DNA of 62,643 nucleotides, the filler included, from Globobulimina sp. (Eukaryota): NCBI GenBank assembly GCA_003354225.1. It is 17 parts of 17 records of this genome, joined end to end, with 100 filler letters (N's around TTAATTAATTAA, not from the genome) between each part and the next. Parts side by side here need not be neighbours in the genome. Positions count along the whole stretch, not along the records: positions 47,993 to 51,581 come from PIVH01002454.1; positions 51,682 to 55,269 come from PIVH01002455.1; positions 55,370 to 58,956 come from PIVH01002456.1; positions 59,057 to 62,643 come from PIVH01002457.1; 13 more parts are not named here. One strand, 5' to 3'. The position numbers and the translations under genes are program-made. Under the pieces are notes generated by a model that saw nothing but the letters and a program-made list of their open reading frames with translations, was not told the origin of the DNA and searched no databases. Positions 47,893-60,133 of this stretch are shown here, piece after piece (the stretch's first letter is position 1; each line of letters begins with the position of its first letter).

Positions 47893-50800
47893 NNNNNNNN
47901 NNNNNNNNNNNNNNNNNNNNNNNNNNNNNNNNNNNNTTAATTAATTAANNNNNNNNNNNNNNNNNNNNNNNNNNNNNNNNNNNNNNNNNNNNTTTTAAAG
48001 TGAAAAACTGCAGTATCGTGCAGCCGGTTGTCAATCATTCCATAACCATAATTATGCATATCATCTCAATAATTAAGCGCCAAGTACAAACCTGTATAAT
48101 AAATAATAGAATCCGTAATGAATAAGCATAAATAAATCCATGATAAGTAATCCATTATAAATAAATTGAACCACAATTAATCCAGAATGATCCAGCCAGG
48201 GTAATTAATATTAAATAAATAAATAATGCCAAAATATATGCAGAATCCAATCCAAAGTAGTCCAGAATAATCATCATGATCTGTACTGTTACGGTACGGT
48301 ACGGAAGCCAATAAATTACTGTACACACAACGATTCAAAATTACATCATCATAAGTCATCCAATGGAATAAATATGTGGACAGTTACGCATGGAAAATAA
48401 ATACTTTTGTAAACAAACAAGTCCCTTTTCTGAAACATATTATAAATTCTACATGGTGGATCGAAATTTACAACTACATATTCTGTGTAATGCAATTGCC
48501 AACATTTGTCATCGTGGCATGTTCTGTATCTTCATTGACTGTAACATGGTAGTAGTATCATGTCATATCATACAGTAGTATTATTCATAGTACATCATTC
48601 ATTGATACATAACAGAAGGCAAATTTCAACTACTTATGCAAGAAGTGATGCCTCAAGCCTCAAACAGAGTAAACAAAACTGACTATTGATATGCAAAATG
48701 TAGAGAAAAATCAGATCGACAGGATCTGTATATCATGTGTGTGTATTATGGCATATCATTCGGATTTATATTTCTTGATGTCCAAAGCGGTCGTGTCATC
48801 AAATTTCTCAGCTCTTCTTTTGCTGTTCAATTCTTGTTTGTTGTAATTTTCTTGCAATCGATCATCGTGACCGTTTTTGTCCAAATGTTCACTGATGATC
48901 TCAGTATCCAACAATGGCATTCCGCTGGTGTCAGTGGGATCGGTGCACGGAGGGAGCGGATAAGCTAGAAAAAATCAAGTTACAACAGTCGACATATTCA
49001 AGTAAAAGAAGGGCAGTTGTAGAAAAAAGTACCCGAAATTGGCATTTCTCCAAATTGCGGCACAACTCTGTCAGTGTCATTGCTGTTAATTGCGCGAAAC
49101 ACCAAAAAGTCCATTATTTGTGTATATGAGTAGCCACCACCGAAGTAGTCCACAATAAAACGATTGATGTCGAACGAGTCAGCTAAAAGCAACACGGCAA
49201 TGAAGGAAGACATGACACCACGAAACATGGGGGAAATCGAATGGAAAACCTACATTCAACACGTGCACGACGGGCTGCTTGGAACATCATAAAAATTTCG
49301 GCGTCGGTAGGTTCAGGCAAAGGAACCATCAGTTGATGGAACCCTCTACTTCCAAGATTAGAGCTTGGAGTGCTTCCGTGTGTTTGCACAGTGCCTGGCC
49401 AATGAGAACTGTGAGCCATAATAGTACAGTATATCAATATGGTTTGTACTGAAGTAAAACTTCCAAATGTAGAAGCGAAAGCAAACAACAACTAAATAGA
49501 AATAAATCTGAACATTTATGTTTGAATTGTGTATAAGTAAATACCGGAAAATATGCCAACTGAGCTGGATAAATAATACCAATTGAAAAAGAAACAGGCA
49601 AACAGGGAAAGAAGTCAAAATTATTTTTATTGAAATGAAAATTTTATCAAGTACAAAATAAATGTGAATAGCTTTTAGAGCACCACAAGGCGCGAGCATC
49701 AAAGAAAAGCAAAATAATGTGATAAAATAAAGACAAATTAATTGTCACTGGAAATTTGCATAATTTGTACCTACCGTACAAGCTCCCGGAGGAAAGCTGA
49801 ATAACATTTAAATTTATTTATATTAGAATATTGAACCGGATATAAAAACTAAACTACTGTACATGTACCCTAAAATAATGTTGGCTGCGAGATCGAGGCG
49901 AGATTGCACATTTTTCGAATATGACTTGACTTTAATGAACACATCATTCTTGGAAGAGGATCAAAGTATCGGCAGTTTCGAAGCTAAATAATAAACTCTG
50001 TTAAAGGGTCTAACTTTTCGGAAAGTTGATTTAAAATGGATAATTTTAATTAGAGAAATATCGTATCGTACGGAGGTGCATTTTTATATTTTAAAAATTA
50101 AATTGTTATTTCCATTTAATTGAAGTCGAGCGCAGACTCCAATGTGCATCAGTGCGTCAACACGAATTTGTGCATTTTACCTTTGCAGGTGGAAACCATT
50201 GCAGGTGGAATCTGATCGAAGGCCAGATTTTTTTATAAATTTGGTGTTTTGGGCACAGAATTTGTGCAATTAGCAAGGAATGTTCCGGAAAACCAGATTT
50301 TTCCTGACTTTTACGCAAAACAGCTCAATTTCCTGACCAGCTAAGACCCCTGCAAATTCCTGTTGAAGACACACTGACGCAGACTGTGAGACTGCACTTT
50401 TGCTTCTTAAGCAAAAAACAAAAAATGCACCCTGTACGACATACTAATCAGACATGCTTACTTCGGTTCCAGCTGATTTTCTTGACCCCCTTGCAAATCG
50501 TTTACTTGACCACCTTGTACTTTGAACCAATCAGACCATATTACATCTCTTGCAATTTCTCCCTCCGAATGAGTCCGATCAAAACTGAAAATAAAAACTA
50601 TTATAAACTATTTTGTAAAAAATTATGACACAATAATGTACTGTTCTGTTATCACTGGCAATTTCAAGAATGTGACTGTTAAAAATTAAAAAAGAAAAGC
50701 AGGAACCAAATCAAACCACACGCCACTTACTGTATTCGTTCATTTTGTTGACTACCAAGTCCATATGGAATATTTCCTCCATCCGAGATAACCCGTCGGC

Positions 50801-51146
50801 GACTGAAAGAGCACAATGTAATCAGAGCACAAATCAGGGGCAAATAAAATTGGCATTTGATAAAATGTCAGTGCAACATTATTCATCACTTCATTGATTA
50901 ATCAATGGCCATTGTAATCGAATCTGCCATCGGGTTGGATAAATTATGGAATTTAACCTCCTGGGCTTATTGTATGAAGCAAAGAAACCGATTGAGTAAT
51001 AATACGATGTATGAAGCAAGTGGCATGAATAAATACAAATAAATGAGAAGCAACAAAAATTGGCTTACGATGGACGAGCAGATCCAACACTTGTATGCAA
51101 ATCTTTGTCTCCTTCGTGTGTGACTGCCTTAAGTCTAAAAACGATT

Positions 51147-51226
51147 AAACTGTATGTTACTATTTATACTGCTTCGCTTGCTTCAAAAACTGTATGTTAC
51201 TATTTATACAGCTTCGCTTGCTTCAA
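51147..51226. repeat. Tandem duplication, 2 x 40 nt
   Basis: AAACTGTATGTTACTATTTATACwGCTTCGCTTGCTTCAA occurs twice with one mismatch. Confidence 0.95.
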
Positions 51227-51681
51227 TCTTAGGATTAACTTTAATGCTTCATTCATGCCTTTGACTAAATGTTTGAAGCAATCGCGAAAAGGGGCATCTC
51301 GATGGTGTGGGTGGAGCCATAATAATGAGCTAAGTACAGTAAAGTCGTTAAAAATGAAATAGTTATAATTAGGGTATGAAAGCGTTTTATAATTTAATTT
51401 TGATAAATACTGTACTTGGCTCATTTTGACTCCAAGCCATCGATCTGTATCTGACTGTTTCAGCTTTACTATAACTCCTCACTTCACAGACAAAAAGTAG
51501 AAACTGTTGTGGACGTCGCTACACAACAGAGAGTGGCACACTTAGACTTTCCAAAAGTAAAACTAATTGGAAAACTAATTTNNNNNNNNNNNNNNNNNNN
51601 NNNNNNNNNNNNNNNNNNNNNNNNNTTAATTAATTAANNNNNNNNNNNNNNNNNNNNNNNNNNNNNNNNNNNNNNNNNNNN

Positions 51682-53162
51682 ACGGCAAGCCACTGCTTTG
51701 CAAATAATACGACAGTCCATATTCGAACAAATTACTATTCGACTTTTGGAATATATCCACTTTACCAGCTCCACCCTCTGTTGGTGGCACATTTGTGGCA
51801 TTAAATCGCAACTTATAGTCCCAAACCAGTCCATTTTCGCCGCCGGTTTCCTTGAACACAATGGCTGCGCCAATTGGTCGGCTCGCCGCACCATTGTCAT
51901 TTTGGAAATTAAACCCGGAATTCCCATACGCTTCGTCTTTGACATAGTCTTCTAACTCGCTCTCGTGATTAAAAAATTTCAACAACGAACCTTCCGTGAA
52001 ATTGAGATAGTGAGTGTCCCGCGACCATACTCCACAGGAAAATGGCCCACATTTTTGCGGGAAATAGGACAGAAAAGTCTTGTTATAGACACTGGTGTCG
52101 TCATCCAAAACATCCATATCGCAGTATGGGTTTGGCTCCGTTTGTAATAAGTTCCTAGCTCTTCTTCTCGCAGTGGTAAAAAATACAGTGGGCGCAGCTG
52201 TGGCCGCTGTGGGAGAAGGTGTGCTTACATTGGATGGCGCGGCGGTGGTATTTACCGTAGGGTCTGGTGCAACGAATGGGAATGTCCACGTACTGTCTGG
52301 GTTGAGATATTTATCTGTTAGCCAGGCATGTGGATACGTGTCGGAATCACCATATTTATTTGCTAATATGCTCAATAATTGTTGTACGTTATCATTGGTG
52401 GCATAATCGGGTGCAACAATGGCGAGATAGGAAGGTGGATCCGCATCATTCATACCACCTTGAAACTGAGTATCTGGACAGACAATGTACCGAATCCATT
52501 CGTTTGCGATGGAGGTATCAGTCCATGGCAGGTTATTTCCACGGTCAGTGTTCGCTAAATAGGCGGTGGAAAAGGGCGAGTTTGCATATTGCGCGGCGTC
52601 ACCAGTGTTACTCAGCACGTATTCAAATTCGGCGCCATATTCCAGGGAAACATCACGGCGGATATCTTATAATTACAGTATGTAAAAATATATTGACAAG
52701 GTACATATATATATATTGACAATATGTGGTTGTGTTGATATGAAGTTATGAACAAAATTAACCTTCGATGGCGGTCATAGCTACCATGATTAACATAATT
52801 AAAACAGGGATGCAACATTTACAGCAACATGATTTGGGTCGCCGTAAGAATTGAATTTTCATATTTTTCCATAATAATAGTTTGACTTTGGTAGCAAAGC
52901 TAACATCACGTGTTAATACTTGGAAGTTTGCAGTGTCGGTTTTGCCGGTTTCGGTCAATGGTCCTAACTCAACAGTATCTCCATCGGATGCAGTTAGTAA
53001 TGTAGTTCCAGCATCGTCTGTGGTCTCTGTTGGTGCATCTTTGGTCACTTTTGGCGTCTCTGTCGTTTGTTTTGTAGTGGTGCGATTTTCATCATTAAAT
53101 GCGGCAGCGATGTCACCGCTTTCTACATCTACTAGCTCTGCCTTTGTTGTTGGATCTGACAT
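51682..53162 (-). CDS. ABCA-subfamily transporter, N-terminal part; intron 52666-52762
   Basis: KLLLWKNMKIQFLRRP plus TM1; FFNHESELEDYV, IGAAIVF, WDYKLRFN, YLQSSG typical of the ABCA first exoplasmic domain. Confidence 0.85.
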
Positions 53163-53197
53163 GGTTTTACTGATCGCTAAAAAAAAAAGGATTTTTG

Positions 53198-53962
53198 ATG
53201 GTGATGGAGGTTTTAATTGTTAATGGCTACATACGAAAAGTTCAAAAAACAATCAAACCCAAAATAATCCCAATATCCATTAATCAAATTTGTTATAATT
53301 ATTTTGGCCATGGCGATTATTATAAAAATATTGTAGACACATTCAAAATTGCTCATAAATTGATTTCAATCTCAAAGAATGGGAAAACTGTTTCAAGCAA
53401 AGGTGGTGGTGCTTATTATGATTATGGCAATGCATTTGGAAGTATAGGAATTGAGGCAGGCAGCAAAAATAAATATAAATATAAATATAAATGGAATTTG
53501 ACATGCAAGCAAAGGAGTAATTGGATGTGGATTGGTATTCAATCAAACATGCACAGGAATGTTGATGCTGAGTGGACGGAGATAGATTATGGATATGATG
53601 GATATTATGGTGGGAAATGCCATTTAGGCAAATATGAAGAATATGGAATTAAATGGGGTGCCGGTGATGCAATTGAAATGAGAGTTGATTTTGAAAAACA
53701 AGAAATGGGATATTCAGTAAATGGGAGTGATCAAGGAATTGCTTTTCGGAATATACAGTTGGAAAAAACATATTATTTGGTTGTTTGTATGGAGACAGAT
53801 TTTAAAGGAGAGAGCATTTTTTTGACTGATTTTAATGACTCCGACAGAGGATTAAAGACTCCGAGCAACAAAAAAAATAGATTCAGCAACGTTGTTTCCT
53901 CCAATCATACACAAACAACAAATACGAACAACTTTCATGGGATAACACTGCGTCAAATTTGA
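53198..53962 (+). CDS. B30.2/SPRY-domain protein
   Basis: YKWNL, MWIGI, EYGIKWGAGDAIEMRVDFEKQEMGYSVNGSDQGIAF, YYLVV. Confidence 0.85.
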   Translation: MVMEVLIVNGYIRKVQKTIKPKIIPISINQICYNYFGHGDYYKNIVDTFKIAHKLISISKNGKTVSSKGGGAYYDYGNAFGSIGIEAGSKNKYKYKYKWNLTCKQRSNWMWIGIQSNMHRNVDAEWTEIDYGYDGYYGGKCHLGKYEEYGIKWGAGDAIEMRVDFEKQEMGYSVNGSDQGIAFRNIQLEKTYYLVVCMETDFKGESIFLTDFNDSDRGLKTPSNKKNRFSNVVSSNHTQTTNTNNFHGITLRQI

Positions 53963-54078
53963 TGCAGTTAGTAATGTAGTTCCAGCTTCAATTGTTTTGG
54001 TCTCTCTGTCGTTTGTTTTGATAGCTCCGGCTTTGTTGTTGGATCTGACATGGTCCTACTGATAAAAAAAGGATTTTT
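53961..54078 (-). pseudogene. Internally deleted duplicate of the ABCA 5' end (copy of 52987-53196)
   Basis: Three collinear matching blocks; minus strand reads MSDPTTKPEL..KQTTE and then stops early. Confidence 0.85.
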
Positions 54079-54123
54079 CCCCACAAACATACTTGAGTGC
54101 ATTAATTAACTTCATTCCGCTAA

Positions 54124-55118
54124 TGATGACGCATGTGACGATTAGCAGAACTGGAACGACTCTAAATGCAGAAGAACAGCAATCACTAAATCAAATGCGT
54201 TCGAATGGATTATCTTGTAAAAAAGAGTCAGGATCGGCGTCGGCATCGGATGCCATTAATACAACTGAAACACCTGTGAATATTGTATTTGTTAGCAATA
54301 TTTTGTTATGTTCCATCAGTATTGCTATATGGCTAGAAACCAAATCATTTATTGTTCTGTCCATATTCATCTATCAAGCATGCGATACGACAGTTGCTAT
54401 TCTTACAATGTACACTCAATACTCTATGAAACAGAATATGGACAAATTCCCGGCTGGACGTTCGCGACTGGAATGTGTCGGAATTTTCGGGTGTTCAATG
54501 TTAATGATTGAAATATCGGTATTTGTCATATATTTTGCGTCAACAGAAATATACCATATGTTCACAGCCAGTTCGCATGCGATGAGGGATGTGAATGAAT
54601 GGTGTGTTTTCGGAATGATTTTTTCTGTGATTTTAAATCTTACTCTTTGGTTATTTTGCGGACTGTTTGCGTCATCACCACACATTATTGCATTGTCAAT
54701 TAAGTGCAGGAATGATATGTTTAAAGTATGTGTTGCCTTTATCACTGTTTGTATTATATCCCATTTTAATAAACCTATTTGGTTGGACCCTGTCGGAGGG
54801 ATATTAGTATCATTATTTTTTGCTGTTTCGTGGTATTCTGACGGTTTGGGAGAAGTCAATAAATTGATTGGCATACAAGCTGCTGATGAACATATGGTAA
54901 ACATTCGTGATTTTATTCGACAAGAAATAAAATGTGATGATTATATGTTGGTTGGTTATCATATTGGAATGAATTTATTGGTTGAGGTGAAATTAATATT
55001 ATCAGATCATGTACACTATGATTTATGTAATGATTTACAACAGAAATTGGAGGAGTTTAATTTCATTGAAAGGGCCTTTGTTAGTTTTGATTGTATTAAA
55101 AGAGATATACCCTTATAA
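54124..55118 (+). CDS. Cation diffusion facilitator (MTP/Mn-CDF-like), divergent
   Basis: KFPAGRSRLECVG, CRND (normally HRND), WLDPVGGILV, YHIGMNLLVEV, LQQKLEEFNFIERAFVSFD. Confidence 0.8.
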
Positions 55119-56713
55119 TTACATAAAATGCCTTGTTTGTAATCAAGCTCCAGCGGATTAGTGTTGTATGCACAAAAATGAGTGTTGCCATAATCATAAT
55201 TATAATTCTGAAAAAAATAACTATACTTTCCATGTTGAACAACATGTTTAACAGTCTGATCAAAAATGCNNNNNNNNNNNNNNNNNNNNNNNNNNNNNNN
55301 NNNNNNNNNNNNNTTAATTAATTAANNNNNNNNNNNNNNNNNNNNNNNNNNNNNNNNNNNNNNNNNNNNAAGGCATTAAAAAGAACCTGGCGGCACATCG
55401 ACATCATCAAAATTTGCGATTTTGCGTATGAAAATATGTGGATAATATCTATGATTTTATGCTCCAAACCAGGTATTAATAAAACCTGCGTTGGATTCTA
55501 GTAATCAATTGCAGGATTATCATCATTTAAAAACAAAACACTGACGCCATGGTACCAACATGACGAAAGCATTGAACTGAAGCATTGAAATGTAATGAAC
55601 TGACAAAAAAACTTTTTCATTTTACATCTTAATTCACAGTTTTGAATGACAAAGTTGCGAGATGTTTGTAAATCATTGGTGCATTGTTTTAGTTTTATGA
55701 TTTCCATCTCATGAATGTTATCTAATATATACTATGAAAATCTCAGTTTGATGTGATGCATACATCATAGCTCAAACCACAAATCAGTCACTATCCAAAA
55801 AAATGAGAAAGTTCAGCTGTTCAAAAAATGATAAATTTGTCTAAAAAATCATAATTGCCATAATTCCACAATTTTTAGATTTTTTTTCAAAAGTCTCATT
55901 CACCTTTGACGTTTTTCTCAAATTTGTTTCGACCAAAATCGTTGAAACTCAACATTCTAATCATTAAAGACCTTAACTACAACTCTGGTACTTTTTTTTG
56001 ATTAGATGACGGACATTTATAAAATTATCTGTTTTTACTTTTCCAGACTGTTTTTTTCGGTGTTACATATATAAATCAATTGCTCTGACGATTCAATTGC
56101 AAATGAAGCTATATATACAAACTTCATTTGCATAACTAGTTCCATTAAAAATTTCATTAAAAACAAGACAAGTTTTGCACACAAAAACGTCAGTCGAATT
56201 TCATTGGTCATTATCTGACAGCTGTATCGATTGGCAGTCTCCCATTCAGTCTTAAGATTTGTGTTGCTGAGCAACACTTTTGCGCTTAAAATAGACAATA
56301 AGTTGAATATTCACAATTACACTCTCTATACATCTTTTTTTTTTACCCCTAAATGTAAAATATCAAAATTATTGCGGTATAAATGGTAGTTTAATCATAC
56401 ACAATTTGAGCAAGAAGATATGCAACAATATGGTTGGTTGGCCGCAATAATCTTATTGATTATACAATGCATTATCAACGCAATACGCAACAATGATTGA
56501 AATGCAAAGAAAATACCCCCCGGGGACCCGGAGTAGATCCAATTTCATCAAAAACCATTCCATAATCAATATGTTATTTGTTCCCAAACATTCATATTTG
56601 CTGCATACCTTCTTTTTGTTTCTTTTTTTTAATTATATTTCTAAGTATAACTCAAGGATTGTATTACTATTTAGGCTCAATTTAATCTCAACAATGTTAA
56701 GTTGCCACAAAGG

Positions 56714-57728
56714 TCACAATTTACTTTTCGTTTTAGTTGCTCCCAATTCAGTGGCTCTGTTGGCGGCCATTTCCACCGCACTCATAACAGCGTATCGAAA
56801 TTTATTTTTCTCCAATTGTTTGATCCCAGCAATGGTGGTTCCGCCCGGCGAAGCAACCGCATCTTTGAGCTCGCCGGGATGTTTTCCAGTTTTTAAAACC
56901 AGACTGGCCGCACCCAACACAGTCTGAGCAGCTAATTGCAACGCCACTTCCCGCGATAAGCCCGCTTTAACTCCGCCATCAGCCATGGCCTCAATGAACA
57001 TAAACACAAATGCGGGCCCACTGCCACTCAAACCAGTCACTGCGTCAATCAATGCTTCTTTATCTACCTTTTTAACCAAACCCGTTGGCCGCAATAAGCG
57101 CTGTACCAACAACAAATCGTCATTTGTCGCATAATCACCTTTCATATGCATCATATTGTTGTGTTGTAAGTACGTGCGAGGATATCATATACGTATTGTT
57201 ATACTGTACCTTTTGTAATGGAGACCGCAGCACAGCCAATAAGCGCTGGTGTATTAGGCATAATACGTATGACTGCTTGTGTCGGTTTGTCGGTTAACTG
57301 AGTTTGTAATACATTGAATGTGGTGCCAGTTACCATAGAAACGATTATTTCTTTGCCAGTGAAGCTATGATTTAATTCTTTCATCACTGATGGTAAATAT
57401 TGAGGTTTAACTGCAATGAAAACAATATCACAGCCTCTGATACATTCTTTGTTATCTGTGGTAGTCTCGAACGATATTTTCCGATTATTTAATGAATTAA
57501 ATGTGTTTTTAAGGCTGGTTAGTTGGGATTGGTATGGATCAGATATGATTATTGATGAATTATTCACCAAAATATCACTTTTTACTATTCCCATTGATAA
57601 GGCTGTTGCCATTTGACCGCCACCAATGAATCCAATGCGCAACCTTGGTAGTCTCTGTTTTGTGTGGATGTTGTCATCGCAAATTCCGATGGATTTGAAG
57701 GTAGTCTAACTCTAACCTGCTGCGTCAT
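56714..57728 (-). CDS. proC: Pyrroline-5-carboxylate reductase; introns 57655-57716 and 57139-57209
   Basis: IGFIGGGQMA, AVKPQ, RIMPNTP, TGLSGSGPAF, SPGGTTIAG; C-terminal SKL. Confidence 0.95.
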
Positions 57729-57880
57729 GATTGGTGAAAGGATTTCTTTACTGGAAAACTTTCTGAATTTATCAACAAACTTCAGCAACTTTTTCCTTCT
57801 TTACGTACTTTTGCATTGGGTTTGTATCTAGTTTGCGTCGTTGTTGTTGTACTTGGAAGTTAATATTAAGTCAATTAATC

Positions 57881-58640
57881 ATGAAACAAATATTCGAATC
57901 AAATAAAGAAAATGATAATCCAAATGGCATTGATTCAATGTCTCATAAAACAGCACGATATCGATGGATTAAAAAAGTGTCAAAACCTAATCATGAAACA
58001 AAAATTGATCCAGGTTTGCGTAATTTATTTGTATCACACGTACATTATATGACAGTTCCGATATCGATATTGATTGCACATACAACTAATACAGCAACAA
58101 CAGATATTTTAATTGAAGATTGGTTAAGAAACAATAAACATCCAACATCTGTTTTAGATGCATTTCAAAGTAAAAATATAAATAAGACATCAGATTTTGG
58201 TAAAATTGGTTATGAAGAATTGGATGAAATATTAAGTTCATTAGAAATATCAGATGGGATAAAAAAAGCACGATTGACTAAAGATGTCATGAATTATCGT
58301 ATTATTTTTAAATTTAGTGATCCAAATCAAATATCAGGTACATGTGCTTTATATTTTGTTTTCGAGGTTTGGTGTTTTTGTATACATCTAATTGTAATAT
58401 AAAATACAAAAAAGAAGAAAAACAGGAAGTGAGGGTAGAAGCAGTGGAAAGCAGTGACGAAGTTAATTGCGAATTGAGATATTTAGGATTGTATAAAGTT
58501 GTAATTTTGGATTATTTGTATCATAAAAGAATTGGTAGAGAGCCGGAAATTGAAATATTAGAAATTGGAGATGGTAAATCATATTCATGTCAAGCAACGA
58601 TAGTTGTTCCTGATCAAAAAAATATTGTTTTACAAAGTGA
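57881..58640 (+). CDS. SAM-like plus partial dsRBD-like protein; intron about 58338-58414; cut off by foreign sequence
   Basis: IEDWLR...LDAFQ...ELDEIL...GIKKARL (SAM-like); YKVVILDYLYHKR...EP...YSCQATIVV (first half of a dsRBD). Confidence 0.5.
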
Positions 58641-58956
58641 TTTGGTTTTGGTGGAAATTGTACCTCTCTGTTAATTTCAAAGCTATAGTTATGTATATAA
58701 TAGATAGCAATAGCATTTCGCCTCAAATCATCGATGATATTTTTTCAGACAAGCTGATCGAGCATGATGGAAATAAGTATTTTGCCATTGAATCTTCTGT
58801 TAAAGACTTTATTCCAAGAGCCGCGCTTAGAAGGATGGGGAAGGGGATACGCTTTGGAATAGGAAGTGGATTAGCCCTGCTTAAAAGACACCAGGATATT
58901 GGCGGAATTACAATAGCTACTACAAGGAATGGTTTAGGGGATTGTATATTATTTTT
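58641..58956 (+). CDS. Bacterial-type fragment: C-terminus of FabF-like ketosynthase (58641-58688) followed by a ketosynthase-like/chain-length-factor gene (58691 onward)
   Basis: FGFGGNCTSLLISKL* then, 2 nt later, MYIIDSNSISPQ...FIPRAALRRMGKGIRFGI; operon-like spacing. Confidence 0.75.
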
Positions 58957-59375
58957 NNNNNNNNNNNNNNNNNNNNNNNNNNNNNNNNNNNNNNNNNNNN
59001 TTAATTAATTAANNNNNNNNNNNNNNNNNNNNNNNNNNNNNNNNNNNNNNNNNNNNCTGTTTATAGCCTATGGGCGAATGAATGCAATATTCTATACATC
59101 ACAAATTTAAAACATGACGAGTTTAGAATAAGCTCTTTAAATCAAAAATTTCCAAAAGGCAATATTCTAAACACGTCCTATTCTAAAGTATATGATATAA
59201 TTCCAGATGAATTGGATCAGTTTTATGATAGAAAAAATACTGCATTGACTGTAGGATACATAAAAAGCTACGAATTACTCAAATTTGTGCCAACTGATGT
59301 GACTACAATTCTTGTTTCTTATTTACTGCTGAAATTTTTTTTGGAGTAAGTAAGTAAGTATTAGCAAATTTGAGC

Positions 59376-59967
59376 ATGTCTAAATTTCATGGTTCGTTTT
59401 TAACGACAACACCAACATCGGATAATGCACTTACGCCAGATATGATTGAAGCAGATAAACGCGAATTAGCGTCAAATCCAACTATAAATCGTATATATCA
59501 TAATCCACGAACAGGATATCGCGTAAACTTAGAATGGTATAATTGGGGCTATGGTGGTTTTTTTCGACATCAAATTCCAGATTGTCCAAAAAAAATATTG
59601 GAGAATACCAATATGTGTGTACCAATAAAAGGTGGTGGTGTTTCAAGAAAATGTCCAAATACAAACCGAGGCTGTCAAATGTTTTTCAATTATCAAAAAT
59701 TCTTACAATGTTATAATCGATTTGAGCATCGAGGAAAAGAAGCTGCAATGGATAAATGTGGATTTTTTTTAGTTGGTTTTCATCCAAAAGTAGTTAAGTC
59801 TAAATTTAATATATAATATATAATCTATATAATAATAATGCGAATTTGCGTATTATAAAATACAGCGAGAATGGTTTGAAGAATTAAGAGAGGATAATGA
59901 CTGGGCAGGAATTAAAAGTAATTATGTTCCCGTCGGAGAGGATGATGATGACGATGATGATTGGTAA
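59376..59967 (+). CDS. Divergent COX6B-like CX9C protein; intron about 59790-59865
   Basis: RKCPNTN...YQKFLQC...G...DKC...HPK|REWFEELRE resembles the COX6B RFPNTN...C...CP.EW pattern. Confidence 0.5.
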
Positions 59968-60133
59968 ATTGGTGAATGAATTGTCTATGACATATATTAT
60001 TATTATTATTCTCTTAAAGTCTTAAATAGTTTATAGTTCAATTATAGACTGACTCCTTCAGTTTCTTTCTCAAACTCGGGGCGTAGACCACTATTTATAT
60101 AAAGCCGAGTCCAAACTAACTTCAGTTGCTGTC

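Noticed and set aside
55370-56700. Possible genes or ncRNA in a long intergenic stretch
   Set aside because: Only short motif-less ORFs; no tRNA or rRNA signature recognised by eye
3596-59056. Regularly spaced TTAATTAATTAA palindromes as a CRISPR-like or biological repeat
   Set aside because: Always embedded in N runs at contig joins; this is an artificial six-frame-stop linker
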